A stretch of 64,000 nucleotides of DNA from Acanthaster planci (GCF_001949145.1 NW_019091356.1:3578934-3642933), one strand, 5' to 3'. Shown: positions 24,781 to 39,930, counted from the first letter of the stretch. Notes: generated by a model from the letters alone, not told the origin. Numbers and translations: made by a program.

Positions 24781-25520
24781 TCAACAGGAGAAAAACTGGG
24801 CTCGAGTGGATGGAAGTTGACGAGTTCTCAAGTACCAAATTGAGTCAGAGACAGGAGTCCGACGGCAACTGATGACGAGAGAGAGAGAGAGTGAAGCCGG
24901 CGCGACAAAAATGAACAAAAAAAACCAACCTGACACGGGGGCTCAGGTCACAACAAACGGCCGATCAATGTGCCTTGCGTGCCACCAATCACAGAGCTCA
25001 AATTGGTTGTTTGCGTCGGCTGGGGCACAGGTACAAACTGAAGACGTGCCAGTCAGCTACAAGAGAGAAACCCGAGCCAGGCAGAAGATGCGGGGGGAGG
25101 GGGGGTTAAGGAAGCTCCAGCAAGGCTTGCCCACGTCACGCACTCAAGATAATCAAGCTTCGGCAATGGAGAAGGGCTATATTTAGTCCAAGCACTGCGT
25201 TTACTGGCCCCGGGCTAGGGATAAAAATAGCCATGATTCGCTCCCTTCCCCCATTCTCTCCGCTCGGCTCAGTTTGGGTGACGTGGGAGCGTGCAGAGCA
25301 GAATGGAACGAGTCAGTGCAGGGGACCGGGCTGTGGAGGATGCGGGCAGTGCGAGAGCGGTGCAATGCTGGATGTTGTTTATGCAAGCCAGTGGGAAAGG
25401 GAAGGGGATTTCTACGCAGCTCTTGAACAATGCGATGGCCGTTTGCTCTTCTAATTGAGTGACTCAGCACAGGGGAAACTATGGCTTAACGAAACACCAC
25501 CCTCAGTGGTTATTTTTAAC
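24781..25520 (-). promoter_or_regulatory. Candidate internal promoter/enhancer with non-coding first exon (~24870-24781)
   Basis: Inr-like TCAGTT at 24872-24867, donor TGA|GTAAAT after 24781, CCAAT motif near 24985, MEF2 site at 25177, half-CREs at 25134 and 25279, TGACTCAGCA at 25460. Locally CpG-richer. Confidence 0.4.
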
Positions 25521-28500
25521 AACACTGACAATGGTGTTGACCCCAGGATGAAAATACATCCTTCACATTTTGGTTTTTTTCTTCCCACAGATTACACAAA
25601 GCGGAACATACTGAAAATGTGATAACAGGAAAATTCAGTTTTTTGGGGGGGTTGACAGGCTAGCAACATTCATCTCACAGATCTTGGTAAATGTGTTTCA
25701 TCCAAGAGTGTGCGCTTTCCTGTGAACTAAAGCATGATTAAAAACGATTAGAAAAACAGAATTTTCAACCGACTTAGTCACCACGTGGGCCTAAACTGGC
25801 ATGTAGATGACAGGTTTCTTTCCTGAAGAAACCCACAACCAAAACATCCCTAAAATTCATTCGGTGGGATAGAGCAAGTGTGTAGTTGGGTAGCTGATAG
25901 CTATACATATACATGTAATTTCCTCTCTAGAAGTAAACAAATTACTCAAAAGCCGGCTGATCAATAAAACCACAGCGTAGAGTGCTAACCTTCTTGATGA
26001 AAAAAAAAAAACTGCTACTAATTTTCCCTGTCGTTCTTAAGCTTGTCTAAATATAGCTCCAGCAACTCAAGACTGACAATAACATTCTCAATGGGCGATA
26101 ATTTCAGTGTCTATTTCCAGAGCTGGGACTCCGCCACGAGGGGCATAAACAATCTCCAGCGAGATCCCCAAATAAACTGAAATTAAGGAAGGATATATTT
26201 GGGAGGGCTTGGAAGTTATCCACTTCAATGAGTCCCCGGGGACAAGTGGAGTGGGAGAGGGGGGTTGGGGGGGGGATGCGGCGACTGAGTGAAGACTTCC
26301 TCGTCCTAAAGCTGTTTGGAGCACTCCATTTGCGCACAGACGGTGAGGTTGGCTGAGGGGACTTCCTAATCAAATAAGGATTTCTGATGCATTGCAAAAT
26401 GTTGAGGTGTGCCACGCAGGGTCTCGACAAAGAAGTGCCACCTTCAGATCACTCGGGACAGAAAAAAAAAACTGCATCGACAGTTACTTTTGGTGTGTGT
26501 GTGGGGGGGAGGTGGATTGCTGAACTTGGAGAATTCTCTGAGACTTTCTTTCCAAATGTATCAGTATGTGTGGTACAGAGAATTATTCAACACTGTGCCG
26601 TTTCTGTTCAGAGCCTAGACCAGATCTTCTCATTAGCTAAAGAACCTAATATTACAAATTTATCAGTGAGGTAATGACAGGTTTACACACATGTACAGTG
26701 AGAAGGCACTGCCTATTGGTACAATAAAATAAATCTGAAATCTTTTCTATGTGTATTGGTGCATTCCAATTCAGTTCAGAAAGTTTTAAGTCCTGTCTTA
26801 GGGTATTCAAACCTAGGGTGAAATTCCATTTTTCAAGATCTACATGTACCTGTGCTTTGGGCCAAAAAAAAGATTAGAAATTCACAAATTCAGCTTCACA
26901 GATTCATATGCATCTTGTGAAACTCGGCATGTAAAATTGTTTGTACATGTACATTACAAGTATTATGTGTACATTAGTGTGCATTTTTGCAAGGTGTAAT
27001 GTTCCGGTAACAGGTGTAATGAATAACATACATGAACATGTATGCTGTTGGATTTTTGAGGAGGACAATTTTCTGGCAAGCAGCAACCCATCTGTCAGTT
27101 TGTCGACGCACACACTGAACCCCCTTGGCCCTTATGTTTTTAACAAAGGGCTGTTTTGGTACAGCTGAACCCACCAAGGACTGTGCACAGGACCATTAGG
27201 AACACTGCCCCCAACACTCAGGGGACCAGTGGGTTAAGTGTACATATAGTCACCAGGCCGGGCAATTCCCCCTGGCTGAATTGTTGGTCGGTTTCAATCC
27301 TGACAGCTGTTCCTGGAATCTGGCCCCATATCTATCTTGCACATTCATGAGCATTACCATGAGCAAATCTGCGCACAGGGAGGATGCCGCTGCCCACATG
27401 AGCACGGAGGACGAGTGTCACAAATACAGGGACTTCAGCCTCACAGTACACATTATACCTCAATACAGAAAACAACAATTCTAAGAACGGAAAGAGTATC
27501 ACGTAACCTAAATCCCCAGTATTTATTACGATTTCTAAAACTCAGGGAAGGCTTTTAAATTTTTATTACACAGACATACAATCTGCATGCAAATCGGTGA
27601 ACTCCATCCCGTCCTGCGCTCCAATTTTTCATGACAAGCATAGAGCTTCACAATGTACATGTACAAAGGTGTACAATGCCCATATCGTTATGTACATATG
27701 TACATAATTTGGGTGGGAATTCACTTGCAGGTTTAAATTTCTGGGGTCGATATGCTGAGCAAAACCCTAACACGCTGTCAATCCCCCGATACGCAATCGA
27801 AACGTTAACCTTGTGATGATGAGAATACAGTTGGAATGATGGCAACATATTCTTTCTGACAAAAGTTTTAGAACCCAGCGAGAAAGCACAAATAATGATA
27901 GGTGATGTTCATTTTAAGTAGGCACTCCTGTAATAATTATGCTTGTTGAGTTAAAACCCAAACTATTCTGATTGAAGTTTTTTTAAATAAAGTGACAACT
28001 GTATTATAACTACAAGTCGTTATATTTCTCTGATGCACATCAAAACAAACTTCATACCACGGAGCTTCTCAAACAAGAACAAGCGCACGTAAAATACAGT
28101 TGAACAGTAATGAAACATGGATTATATATCACACTGTTTATCAGACGCGTGCTCCTTCCCTAACAAAAGCACAACAAAACACAAATGAGCCCCCCTCCCC
28201 AGAAAATGTGGAGAAAAGAGTAGAAGTCGGTCTCGCCCTGATGATTTTCCTTTTTACAACGACTGACAGAATATTTAATGAAATAAATGTTAAGCGGTGC
28301 ATGTAAATGTATACCAATAATGCACATACATACATACACCCGTTGTTAATCCAAATTTACTAATCTGTAATTGGTAAATTTATGTACTTTTAATATCAAC
28401 CGATTAACCTCTCACTTTAGCACTGACAAATGAGGTGAATAAACTTTGGATACCGTGTTGTTGCTACACCGTAAGCACTCAATGAAGTGTTAAAAAAAAA

Positions 28501-30982
28501 CCAAGACTTTCCTCTTAATATCTCTCCTTTATCTTATTCAGGAATCATCCATATACACTGGAAGTTTCTCTCCTTGAAACACCGGGTTAGGAAGAATGGG
28601 GAACACAATACATGCGCATACTCTGGTGGAGTTTCAGCTCACCTCTTCAGTATGACTACGAAGATTGTACAAACACTGGCATTTGCATTCCGAAGGTGGT
28701 TAATTTCTTAGACTGGCTTTTTTACCCATGCTGCCTTACAGACAAAATGTTATACAAGACTTGCCTTTGCAATAAATTTCATTCAAATGAGTATATAGCA
28801 CTGATGTTATGCACCACTGTAAAAACATGTTAAGTAATCATTCGATGAGACAATATGTAATGCAGTCCCAGTGACAGAAATACCAATAAAATTTCTGGTG
28901 GTCTTAAACTTTGGCAAATGACCGTACATACCGGTACACTGTTATCACACGACCGTGAGTGGAACAGACAATGATGCTGTGCCTCTGTGTCCCGTACACC
29001 GTGGGGAGTACTACATTATTCCATGTTCCAGAGCGTGAGTATGATAACAAATTTATCTCCAGGCGAACCTCAGGCGCAGTAATGAGCGGGAAGGAGAAAA
29101 TGTACGACATACCATCAACACACAAGTAGAAGCATAGGCATTTAAGAGTGCCCGTCATTCCTCAGTACTGTTAGCAGTTCACAGCTGTAAGGGCCGGCAG
29201 CTGTCAAACCCAACGACCTTTCTTTTTTCTTTTTTTTTTTAAACTTTCCAATTTTTTTCGTCAGTGATACCACAGCTGCAAATAAACCTTTGAAGTATGA
29301 CGTTCACTTGATCGAGGTACTGGTAAATAAGATGCCTAGATTTGTACGCTGTGCGTGGCATGCAGATTACATAATTTACACATTTAGAAAATGCTTTCTT
29401 TGGGTAGAGAACGGTAGGCTCAGGCATAGTTTCTTAGGGTCAACAGAGGGCGCCAAACATATAAAAGCAATAAGAACCCTCCAAGAGCATGTTTCTTGAT
29501 TTTATTGTCGAGGACAATTTTTTTGGGGGGGGGGGCTTCATGATTTTGTTTTTCCTCCCTAACAGATCACACACTGACAAGGAAAAGCAGATAGATAACT
29601 GAGAAGACAGAAACAAGAGAGAAATTTTCAACTCAACAAGACTCAGTAAAGTCGCGGTTACAGTGTTTTTCATGTAACATGCGTATTGCTGTTCCTGCAC
29701 ATGTACATGTACTGATCATGGAGATGGCAGATTGAAGGAAATTGAAATATCCACAAAATAATCAACAATGGGATTGATCACGGCCCACAGCACTGTAAGG
29801 TGACAAAGGTCTATGTTTGCTTAAAGACGTCCATTAAAGGACCAATTTCTTGTGTTCGATATCAACTGTTGCATGTTAATAAAACACCGTAAGATCAATC
29901 AGGAGTTTCCCAGATTGTGAAATAGACTTAAATCCTCAAATCAAAAAAAAAAACATGGTGAAAATAAATCCTGAAATCAGGAAAACATCCGGACAAATCT
30001 CACCCCTGACTGGGAAGTGGTAACACATTGGGAAAGTAGCTGATTGGAGGAAAAGATGAATACCATGGCAACAAGACGACTAGAAAGACAAAGAGAGCTG
30101 ACAGTTTAGGTCCAACTGGGGCGTACTCTTCCCCCATTTCCAGATGTAATCCAACAGGTCTCACACGACACTGAAAGAGCGCCCACCTGGCTACGAACAG
30201 TGATGGGAAGAAAAGGTCGGGCGACCAACGCAAATGCAAAGACCTTGGCAGTCAAATCACCGGGCTGTTCTGTGAATCCTGTTCACCTCGTCCATCACGA
30301 TTTGTAAATTTAGACATTCAACAAGGGAGAAAGAAATGGTGGGGGGGGGAGGAAGGAGAGTCTTGTCAGAAAATGCGAGGGAGATACCTTCGACGGTGAC
30401 GTCTTTAATGCCCCTGCCTTTGTCTGCAAAAAAAATGCTCTAGGCAGGACAGGTGCAACTGAAAAAAACAATGGACAAACACTGTTCCTTAGATTGATGT
30501 AGGCCTACAGTACTTCCGCATTCTTGGATTGAAAATAATGGGTTGACTTGTTCAGCCACAGTGAATACCGAACCATTAATTCAACTCGAATGCATAATTC
30601 CATGACACACGTACATGTACATGTAAGGTTTAGTTTTTCCAGGACAGAGAATCCAGCACGCGGTTGACCAAAATGGAGGAAACCAGCAACTCGAATCGTC
30701 CACCCCGGTCCCATCCAGGTTTTCTTTCCCAAGCAGTGTTTGCGTACATATCCATTTCCTGAATTTCATTATTGTAGGCCTATGTGCTTTACAATCTCAA
30801 TGGGCCAGCCATGGAAATCTTGGCACTCGGCACATCAGAAATGTACGTGTAGAGCACCTTCAAACCTTGATATAAATTACGTGTACATTTCCCAATGTAC
30901 AACAGTTCATTTCTCATCATTAGTGTCGGCGGCTAATCAAACAAGTCAGAAAATAGAAATCAGAGAAAAAAAGTGCTCTTAC

Positions 30983-30998
30983 CTCTGGGTTGGGACAT
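30983..30998 (-). CDS. HDAC4: Putative first coding segment MSQPR (phase 1) in an exon starting at ~31143/31140
   Basis: ATG TCC CAA CCC AGA G|GTAAGA with an in-frame upstream stop. A short phase-1 start segment parallels vertebrate HDAC4 MSSQSHP-D. Acceptor tgtctgcag/tag at ~31144. Confidence 0.55.
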
Positions 30999-33900
30999 CC
31001 TGGTATTAATGGGAGTATCTGATCTCTGACCCCAGAAAAACTGGACGAAGGCAGGAGGCAAATCCTTCCAGGTTCTTGTTTCAGCGTTTCCCCTTGGAGA
31101 GGCGTTTCACGTCGTCGTCGTGGACAGAATCACTTGTGATCTACTGCAGACAACCCCGCCATGCCCTTATTACCATGATGCAATTGCTACCAAAAAAAAA
31201 AACAAAATTGGGAAAGGAGATTAAGTATCATCCAATAAAACACATGTACATGACAATGCTGCCTGCAAACTGGGCTAACAAGGCTCTATATAGTAACCAA
31301 TGGAGATGAGAGGGGGCGCATACCGGTACATGTACATGTACTTTGGCTAAATGGCATCCTTTGGGGGATAACCACACATGCACATGGACTGGTAGCAGTC
31401 AATGTTTCAGTCGTGCCTCAATTTGGCTATGGCTGACAATTACTGCACACCTCTATGGGACATACATATAGCTTCAGCCGCAAGCCAGAACAGCATTTAC
31501 ATGTACATGTATCCACACAATTCCTACGGGTGAACACCTAAGCCTAGCTGTAGACAACAGATTCAGCTGCAGCCTTACATGTACATGCACATGTACATCT
31601 ACTGGTACATGTAGTTAGTTCTCAGCTTGTAACTAATTCAAACAACAGCGCGCTACACAGACGCACGGCAAATGCAGGCTGGCTTCCTGCCTGTTCACCG
31701 TATTCCAGATTCTGCATATTGAGGACAGGAACCAGAGTGGAAAGTAAACTTTTGTTTCCCTATTTGTGTTTGCTATGATCACACACAAACCTGTAGACAT
31801 GTGTATGTAAGCATTCGACCTTCCTGAATCCTACCAAATCCTCCAGAATGACTCATTGTGTGTTATCAAACCATTTTACCGGTGCCAACATGGATGACAA
31901 CATTCGGCAAGAGTAGGGTTTCTTACTCTTGAGAAGATAGAGAAATAAAAAATTTGTGGAACCCCCCCCAAAAAAAACAAGGCAGAGGAATGCCTGAATG
32001 GATAGTGGCCGAGATTGATTTCACAGCTGTGTGACTGGGATAATCCCCCCCATGTGGACTGATAACCTTGGCCTTCCTTCCTCGGTGGAAATTGCGGTTG
32101 AGGGGCGTGTCAAATTGTTCGGCTGGGGACCAAAAAAGTGAACAAAGAAACACATAGCCGGGGTTCCTGGAAAGGAACATGGCGGGGTCTTTATCAACCA
32201 GGATGGGGACCCTGACACAATTTTTCAACTTCCTTTTGTTGATGCGGTTGGAAAAACCACTTCCACCGATGAACCCTCCTGCAAGAAGATGTCCCACTCA
32301 GCCATCCAGACACGTGTGACCAACCCGGGTGCTCACCAAGTTGGTGCCCCTCACTTGCCAGAACAATGATGTACGCACTGCAGCTGGCCACATTTATGTC
32401 TTCAACACGCATCGTACATGGAACACTTGGTCGTAATGATCTACGTGTATGCTCACTTTCATGTGATTCATTCAGGTGTATCAAATGTACACTGTGGTGA
32501 TATATTTTTGTGTCGATCAGAGGAGCGACAAAAACCATACTAATAACCAGCGTCTGATCTTGTATTTTTCAAAGGTACAACTTTCATTCTGGACAATCAA
32601 AGCAGTCGCTCAGCAGGGCCAAAATCCACATGTACCGGTCCATGCCGGTATGTTATCCTTTGATCGATTCTCCCGTGTGAAGGGATTTCCAATGCAAAAC
32701 AAAGGAGAAACATGACCATGTGTGTGTTGAATTGCTACCTCGGCACAAGTGGCTCATTTCAGGAACGTAAATTTGTTAAAAAGGCTGCTTGACAAATGAT
32801 CAGGGTATCCCTCTCTGCAATCTGCTGCAAGCAAGCAGGAGGAGAGGGGGAACATGAAAACAGAGACGCTTCAGACGGACTTGCTTTTCAGGATTCTATC
32901 TAAAGGAATCCAAGAGTCCTAGACAATGAGAGCTAAACTAAATTTCACGTGAATGGGGCACGCCGCAGTCTCGTCCATTGTCTCAGTGCCTCCCCGGGAT
33001 CTATTACGCGACGGCTGACACGCGACCAGGGTGCCAAGCGTGTCAAGCGACGGGAAATTTGAGACGCCGAGTAGCGTTAAGACAGGAAGTGGGGCCTCGG
33101 ACTGTTTTCGCCAGTCCCGTGTCATCGTCCTTAAAGCTTTTTTTTTTCCCAACAGTGATTACAGATAGCAGCGCACAAACACAAAATGCTGAAGACAGCT
33201 AGAAAACACTCCAGACCCGTGAGTTATGAAATCTGTTTGGTAACAAAATATATAGTGGCAGGTTGACACAATGTACGGTACAGTATATGTCTTTCTAATG
33301 ATAACAATAACAAACATCTGACTGTGGTAAGGTGACTTTTGGATGACTAATGATATTTCTTTTTAAATTTTTGAGGCTTTTTCCTGACTTTCCATGATTT
33401 TTGTAATAATAAGTACACATGTGCATGTACATGTATGTGGCCCGTCCTGAATTGTGGATTTTCCAATATTTCTTCGAAGTCCTGTTTTTTCTGTAGTGAT
33501 ACCTGGGTATCTCCTGGAAACTTCAAAGGAATACCAGATTTTCAAGGATTTTGTGAGATGTGAAAGATCAGGTACTGCCTGATCTCTCCGTACCAGTACA
33601 TAAAGCCGGATGTCCCTTGACACAAAGACTCATGTCACTTGTTTCCTGCAGACGGACAGATTTGAAAGGGTTCAGGCAGGTTCCCTGCACAGTGTAGTGC
33701 ATGCTGAGCCACATTGAACTTGTGTTGGCATGGCAACGGCCTGAAGAAAACCAAACAGCCTTCTGAAGTTGTCCAGCACACAAGTGGAGAAAAGGTGAAA
33801 GCTACCAGGATTAAACCGACATGAAGCTGCGATTCCTCAGAAAAATACACTGTCCAACAATCTGTGGGTTAGTATTATCAGGGCTTGGTGAAAAACATCT

Positions 33901-35502
33901 CCAAGAGTATGGCCCACTGCGCCAGGCTTCTGTAGGACATGTGTACATGTACACTACTAGTACATGCACACGTGTACATATACACGTAAAGGGGTATGTT
34001 AATTGTTCCCCACCAACAATCATTCGAACATGTACTGTACTCGTACCCGATACCCTCCTCACCTGGGACGTGTTACGAGAACGAAGTCAGGCCGGCGGCA
34101 CGCTAAATTTAGCCACTGACATTTCAGCAAGACCCAGATCGGTGGAGAGGGGGAGAGAGAAGAGAGGATAGGAAAGGTCGTGTGATGACATGAATGAATG
34201 GGCTGGCCAGATGTTGAGGTGTGGGGGCCTTATGGTGTGCATTCAAGTACCTGTACGTCAGTCGTCGGAGTGAGCTGTTTGTTTGACATTTGGATTCTGT
34301 ACCATCTCCAGCCATGATGCACATGTAAACTAAGAAACAAGGCACCGATGAAAACAGACGAACATCACCTTTTCTTGTTTGGACATACCGAGAACCATAC
34401 TAGAAAAACCAATCTTCTGATGGCAAGCTACGTTACCAATACATGTACATGTACATGGAGCAGCCTGCCAACACCAGGCTATCAGCATCAGGGCAGATAA
34501 GCCACAAACTCCCATCCTACAGGAAATTGGAATATAAACATAAATGGGAGCAAGAAGGATGGGGGAATTCCACGAAATCATCAAACCACATGCCCATTCC
34601 TGGTGCTACCCAGTACCTTTTACGCGTATCCTCTACACGTAGAAAGACTCAAGCAGACCCTTTGACAAGCCTTCTCGTAATAAATACATTTCGGCTTTTC
34701 CCAGTGAGGACATCACAGTTATGTATGCACGGCTACAGCTGCTGCCTTCCAGCACAGGAAATCCAGTCTTAAATTTCAACTAAATTTTAAACAGCAACCT
34801 TGAACTACCTGTTCCTGTGTCAGACACGGACAGACATAACCAGATACAGCAATCCTATGGGTCAGGGCTCTGTTTATTTTCCCATGAAATATAAATGCAG
34901 CACTAACACATGTATATATCTGACGGCTTATTCCAGATTTTTAAATGTCTTTACAGACATAATTTTTTACAAGCACTGAGTGCAGGACTTGTAAAATTAT
35001 ACTGTCACTGGCACAAACTCGCAATTAAAATTAATGATTGAAAAATATACTTCAATATACCCAATCAAGCATACAGAATTTAGACAAAATACATGTACAC
35101 TGTATTGTAGATAAAGGTTTAGTCCATCCTTAGCAGTTATCCAAAACACTCTCTGTGAAAATATTCTTTCCAGCAAGCTGTCATTTGAGAGTAAATAATG
35201 AAAGGAGGAAATTTCCAACAATGCATCCACAGACACATTTTGGAGAATTGCCTTTCGAAGCGCACAAAAGACAGCACGACACACACGAGCAAGCGGCCTA
35301 CTGTAATTCATCAGTTCAGTGTGGGACATCTGCGTAACTGCACGTGATGACATGTCCCCGACACTGAACTCAGGTGCGATTCAAAACAAGACTCGGCAAC
35401 ATTTGATCTGAAATTAAACTCCTAGAATATTTTCTCGGAATAGACAGCGTACATACTCTGCAAGTTAAAAAACTATTCCCACCCATGCATCTCTTCTCTG
35501 CG

Positions 35503-35754
35503 GGGCTCAATGTCATAGTGCTGCTTAGCACACAATTTCATGCTAACAGAGGCTCTGGGTATTTCATGGAGACCATAAGCAGTAAGCACAGCCAAAGGCG
35601 TGCTAACCTTGGAGAAGAAAATTCCTTGAACTTAGTAGAAATTTCTGCGCACTCGCAACTTTTGGCAGAACCACACCCAGCACCGTCATCAAGTAGTGCT
35701 TAAGGTTAGCAGATTTTTCTACTAACTGTTAAGCAGCTCCATGAAATTGGGCCC
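35503..35754. mobile_element. MITE-like element with GGGCCCAATTTCATGGAGCTGCTTA-type TIRs
   Basis: Left GGGCTCAATGTCATAGTGCTGCTTA versus reverse complement of right GGGCCCAATTTCATGGAGCTGCTTA. Internal partial copies of the same motif. Confidence 0.55.
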
Positions 35755-38700
35755 AGGTGGGGGTGTACATGTACTTCTCGGCAAATCCAATTGTTTCCAT
35801 GCAAACCTTCAGGTCTTATCGAACAACTTTTTTTCTCATGCGGCGCACACTATGAAGTGATGTGTTGTACGTAACCACACAAGATATCAAATGTCAACTA
35901 AATATAAAATGTTCCACCAACATACCGGTACTATACTCGTATTATGTATGCCGGTTCATACACCAGGGGAATACAAAAAGCAAAGCGAATTTTGCATTAA
36001 AAAGCATCCGCAACAAAATTCGTTTCAATATCGATTGTTCAACCAATGGATATTTGATCTGACATTGCAAAGTTGCATTCGTGTTCGCCTTCACGTCGAG
36101 TATGAACCCGCATTAAAGACACATGTACCAGAACCGTTTCAATGAAAAGTCTGTATACAGTATACAAAATGTACAGTGCGTGTGCATACTGTGCGCACAA
36201 GTGGCTGTCTACTGTCAATACAAACACCCCACAGATGAGCACATGAGCTGTCTCACTCCGAGTCCGATTTCCTGCCTGCTGAAGTGCTAAGTATTCCTAT
36301 AAAAAAGGCCTACAAAACGCCAACTTCACAAAGCAATCACATCAAGGTGGAAGGAATCCATGATTAAATTAAACCATTATGCTTCGACAGACAAGGCCCT
36401 AGACTATAGCCCACTCCATAAACCGGTAATCTACATGCACATCCTGTAGAGACAAAAACAGCCGGGCGCCGTGAAGTACCAACGCGCAAAACAACACTTG
36501 GGTTAATATTAAATTATTCATCAGGTTTCTAAATTTAGCTCGGGCTTGTTTCCCTCGAAGTCAACTCACTGGCTCGCTGTGCATATCATAATGATAAGAA
36601 GCCACAGAGAGAGGAAGTACTGTTTAATACAGTACAACAAGTGCATTCTTGCTGCATTGTAGTGTGCATTCAGCACACTGGTATACATGTGACCCGCTCT
36701 GCAAAAAAGGGTAATAAGTCGCGCTACGCCAAAACATGTCATGGCCTGTTCTATTTGGAGAGGACGAATTTTCTTCAAAACGTGATTTTGTGTTTTTTTC
36801 CTTTAATAGCTTTCTACAACATTTCTATTTTCAGAATTTGTGACAACAAACACGGATACTGATGAATAAAGATGAAAAATGGATCAGTCAGTAAGAAATC
36901 CTGCACAGCATTGTGCTTCCAAGAGTTACACTTCCTGAGCTTTTTCTCGAAAAGTGCTTTTATTGAATCCCAAATGCGGATATACAAATGTCCATTTATC
37001 TCCCGAATGCAGTGCACTACAGGGGGTCATTCATGTATCAAATAGTAGCTTGTGATGTACAGAGTCCAGCCATATCAACAACTCATAACCTGAATCTGGC
37101 GACTTATTACCCATTTTTCTAGAGCAGGTCACATATGTGCACATTATGTCCAGAGTACACATGTAGATCTACATGTACATGTACCAGCAAATGCACATGA
37201 ACTTGTGTATATCGGAACTGATACCGTACTGGGACTGGCAGGTGGATTTATTCAATACAGGTCTTGAAATCAAAGGGGATCCCTAAATCTCCACAATGCT
37301 CTGTAAGCAAGCACTGCATGTCACAGTGCCCTGGCTTCTGGCGCTACTGGTGAAAAATTCCTGGTCACTTTCTGACAAGATCTGGCAACAAATACCAGTA
37401 GACTCTTTTTGGGCACAAGAGTTGTTGGCTATACTGTGATTCGACAACCAGAATTAAAAGCCATGACGGAGGTGGTGCGACGCTCGTGGACAGGTGGTAC
37501 GCGCACGTTCCACGCTCTTTTGACCAATAGGATGTCGTGATTTGCCAAATGCACGCTCATGTCAAGCTGAAAAATGTGCGTGTGAGTGTGGCGCCACCGC
37601 AGTTATGGCGCGAATCGGATTAGTCTACACTCTTACGCTCATTTCATACATGTACATCAGTCACTCCTTCAGAGCTGCAAATTTCTTATTAGGCACCAGA
37701 CTGGAAGTATCGATGTGGGAAGTGTCGTGGTTAAGCCCCATTTCGATCCCTGACCTCAACAGAGAAGGGTTTGTTTCACTTGTGGCAAACATTTGATCGA
37801 AGATTGTCTGGATGTCATGTGGATATACGAACATGTAGCTTGCATGCACAGGACAACAGACTGTATTCGTGTCTCGGCCATCTTGAATTGCCAGTGAGGC
37901 ACAACCTTTTCATTTCAGGAACCTGAGAGTAAAAATCATGGCGGCAAAATAATAGTTCACACAAATTCATGCCAGGTTTTTGTTTTGAATAATGTCAAGT
38001 TTGTGGTAAATTAGATCTGAATGTTTTAAGCCGCTTTAAAAAAGAAAAAACGAAAATGAGATTTGGAACCCAAAGTAGTCTGGCACCATCCCACTGAACA
38101 GGCTACATTGAATATTGGTAGGACACATGTAGATCAAGAGAACAAGATTAAAAATAACTTCCCTCTGAATAAGGTCTGCTTTAATAATATGCAAAATGAA
38201 ATAGCAAGACATGTAAACTGAAGCATGTGCCCACGAAACAAAAATTACTTTTCAGTGCTAAAAACCTTTTCTATTCAATCTATCTGTCACAAATTTCCAG
38301 TGAACACGTGTGATCCATGAACCAAACAGAGGAGCCATGCCAGTACTTGTAAGCTATCTCACTACAGACCCGTAAATTTCATAAGAAAGGTAATCCTATA
38401 AACAAAAGCCAGAAATCACGACCACGGCACCGGCATTCCTAGAACTAGATAGATGGACTTACATGATACATGTACATGTGCACCATCAACCCAGAGATAC
38501 AGCTGATGGTAACAAGGATGGCCATGACAAAACAAGAGAAAAAAAAAGAAAAAGCCATGTTTACATACTTGGCTGGTATCCGCTTCCCACTCGGACCTCT
38601 GTATACCAGGGCAGTGGGACAGGGGGATAGCCATTTCCTGGCACTCAAAACTGCCTGGTTTCCCCACTCGGCTGACCTGGAGTGAGCCTGGAGTGAGCCG

Positions 38701-39826
38701 ATCACCAGTGCCCTGGATGGGACATGCAAGCTGCTTAATCAGTCTAAAAATAGCTTGCTGCCGCTATATTTGTCCTGCTCTGTCTATTTGGCCTTTACCA
38801 ATATCCGAGCCTCATGTCAGAGAACGCATGCATACGCGTATGTTTGTCGCCATATGTAGATTTGCCATGGCGCACTGAATCTTTTCTTTCTTCGATCTCT
38901 GGCCACATTTGTACAGTCTCAGTAATTTGGCAGATTGTAATTGTGAAAGACAAAAGTTCCTCTGGACTGTGAATCAAATAATCATGAGTACGGGTGGAAA
39001 TTCTGTTGCTTTAAGTAGCATGTTGCTCGAATGCATATCTGGTAATACAAGAAACTGCATTCCTTGACAGGATGATCAAATGCAGTGCAACTTGGTGTTG
39101 AGCTTGTCAGCACCAAGACAAAAAATCAGGGACTCCTTCCTGCAAACACACAGAAATGCCAGGAAGATTACAAAAGCTACGTTTGCCTCTGTCCAAAAAC
39201 AACTCAGGGTGTAGGCTTTCCTGTTTTTTCTTTTTTTCATATTCACCTTGCAACTTTAACCTCTACGTGGCTCCTGGCCAAGGGCTAGTTTGGAACCCTA
39301 CAGTGACTCCGGGCATTTCCTGATTGGCCGCAATTCAACGGGTAATATCAATTTCTCCCCTTATCCCACTGAGAGCCAGCCTGTGCCTCCTAGCAGTTGG
39401 CCTGGGGACACCCCCCCACCCCACATATTCCCCAGCATATCTCAGATCAGGCTCTGAAGGTGTGGAACATACATGTACATGATGTACATGTACGTACAGT
39501 TTAAAACCAGATTCTATCCTGACAAAGTATGGAGTTACATGTACATGTACATTATAAGCAATATACCGGTATCACCCATTGTTTTCTGAAAGCTGGTGAG
39601 ACAAACTTTAGTTTTTAATCAGCGAAAAACTTGACACCTCCAACCTCCATGCATCCGTTGACCCATTGCCATCAGCAAGTTGGCCACGCCCCTTAGACAA
39701 CCCTATGGAATTTTGTACGTTGAGTTTGGTTGCTCTCACATTTGGTACATCCCACGTCCATTTTGTATAACTGGACGATACCTCACAAGCTGTGTTGACG
39801 TGATTCAACCATAACAGAGGCGCTTA

Positions 39827-39930
39827 GCATGGTAGCCATCTTTCAGGGCAGTTTTTTGTTCCACAGGGATGCATCTTTTGTGCCTGCCCTGTAGAACAAA
39901 AGCACTGGCCTGCAAAGATGGCAGCTATGC
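39827..39930. other. ~104-nt imperfect hairpin (small MITE or pre-miRNA-like)
   Basis: GCATGGTAGCCATCTTTCAGGGCAGTTTTTTGTTCCACAGGG pairs with CCCTGTAGAACAAAAGCACTGGCCTGCAAAGATGGCAGCTATGC. Confidence 0.6.
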
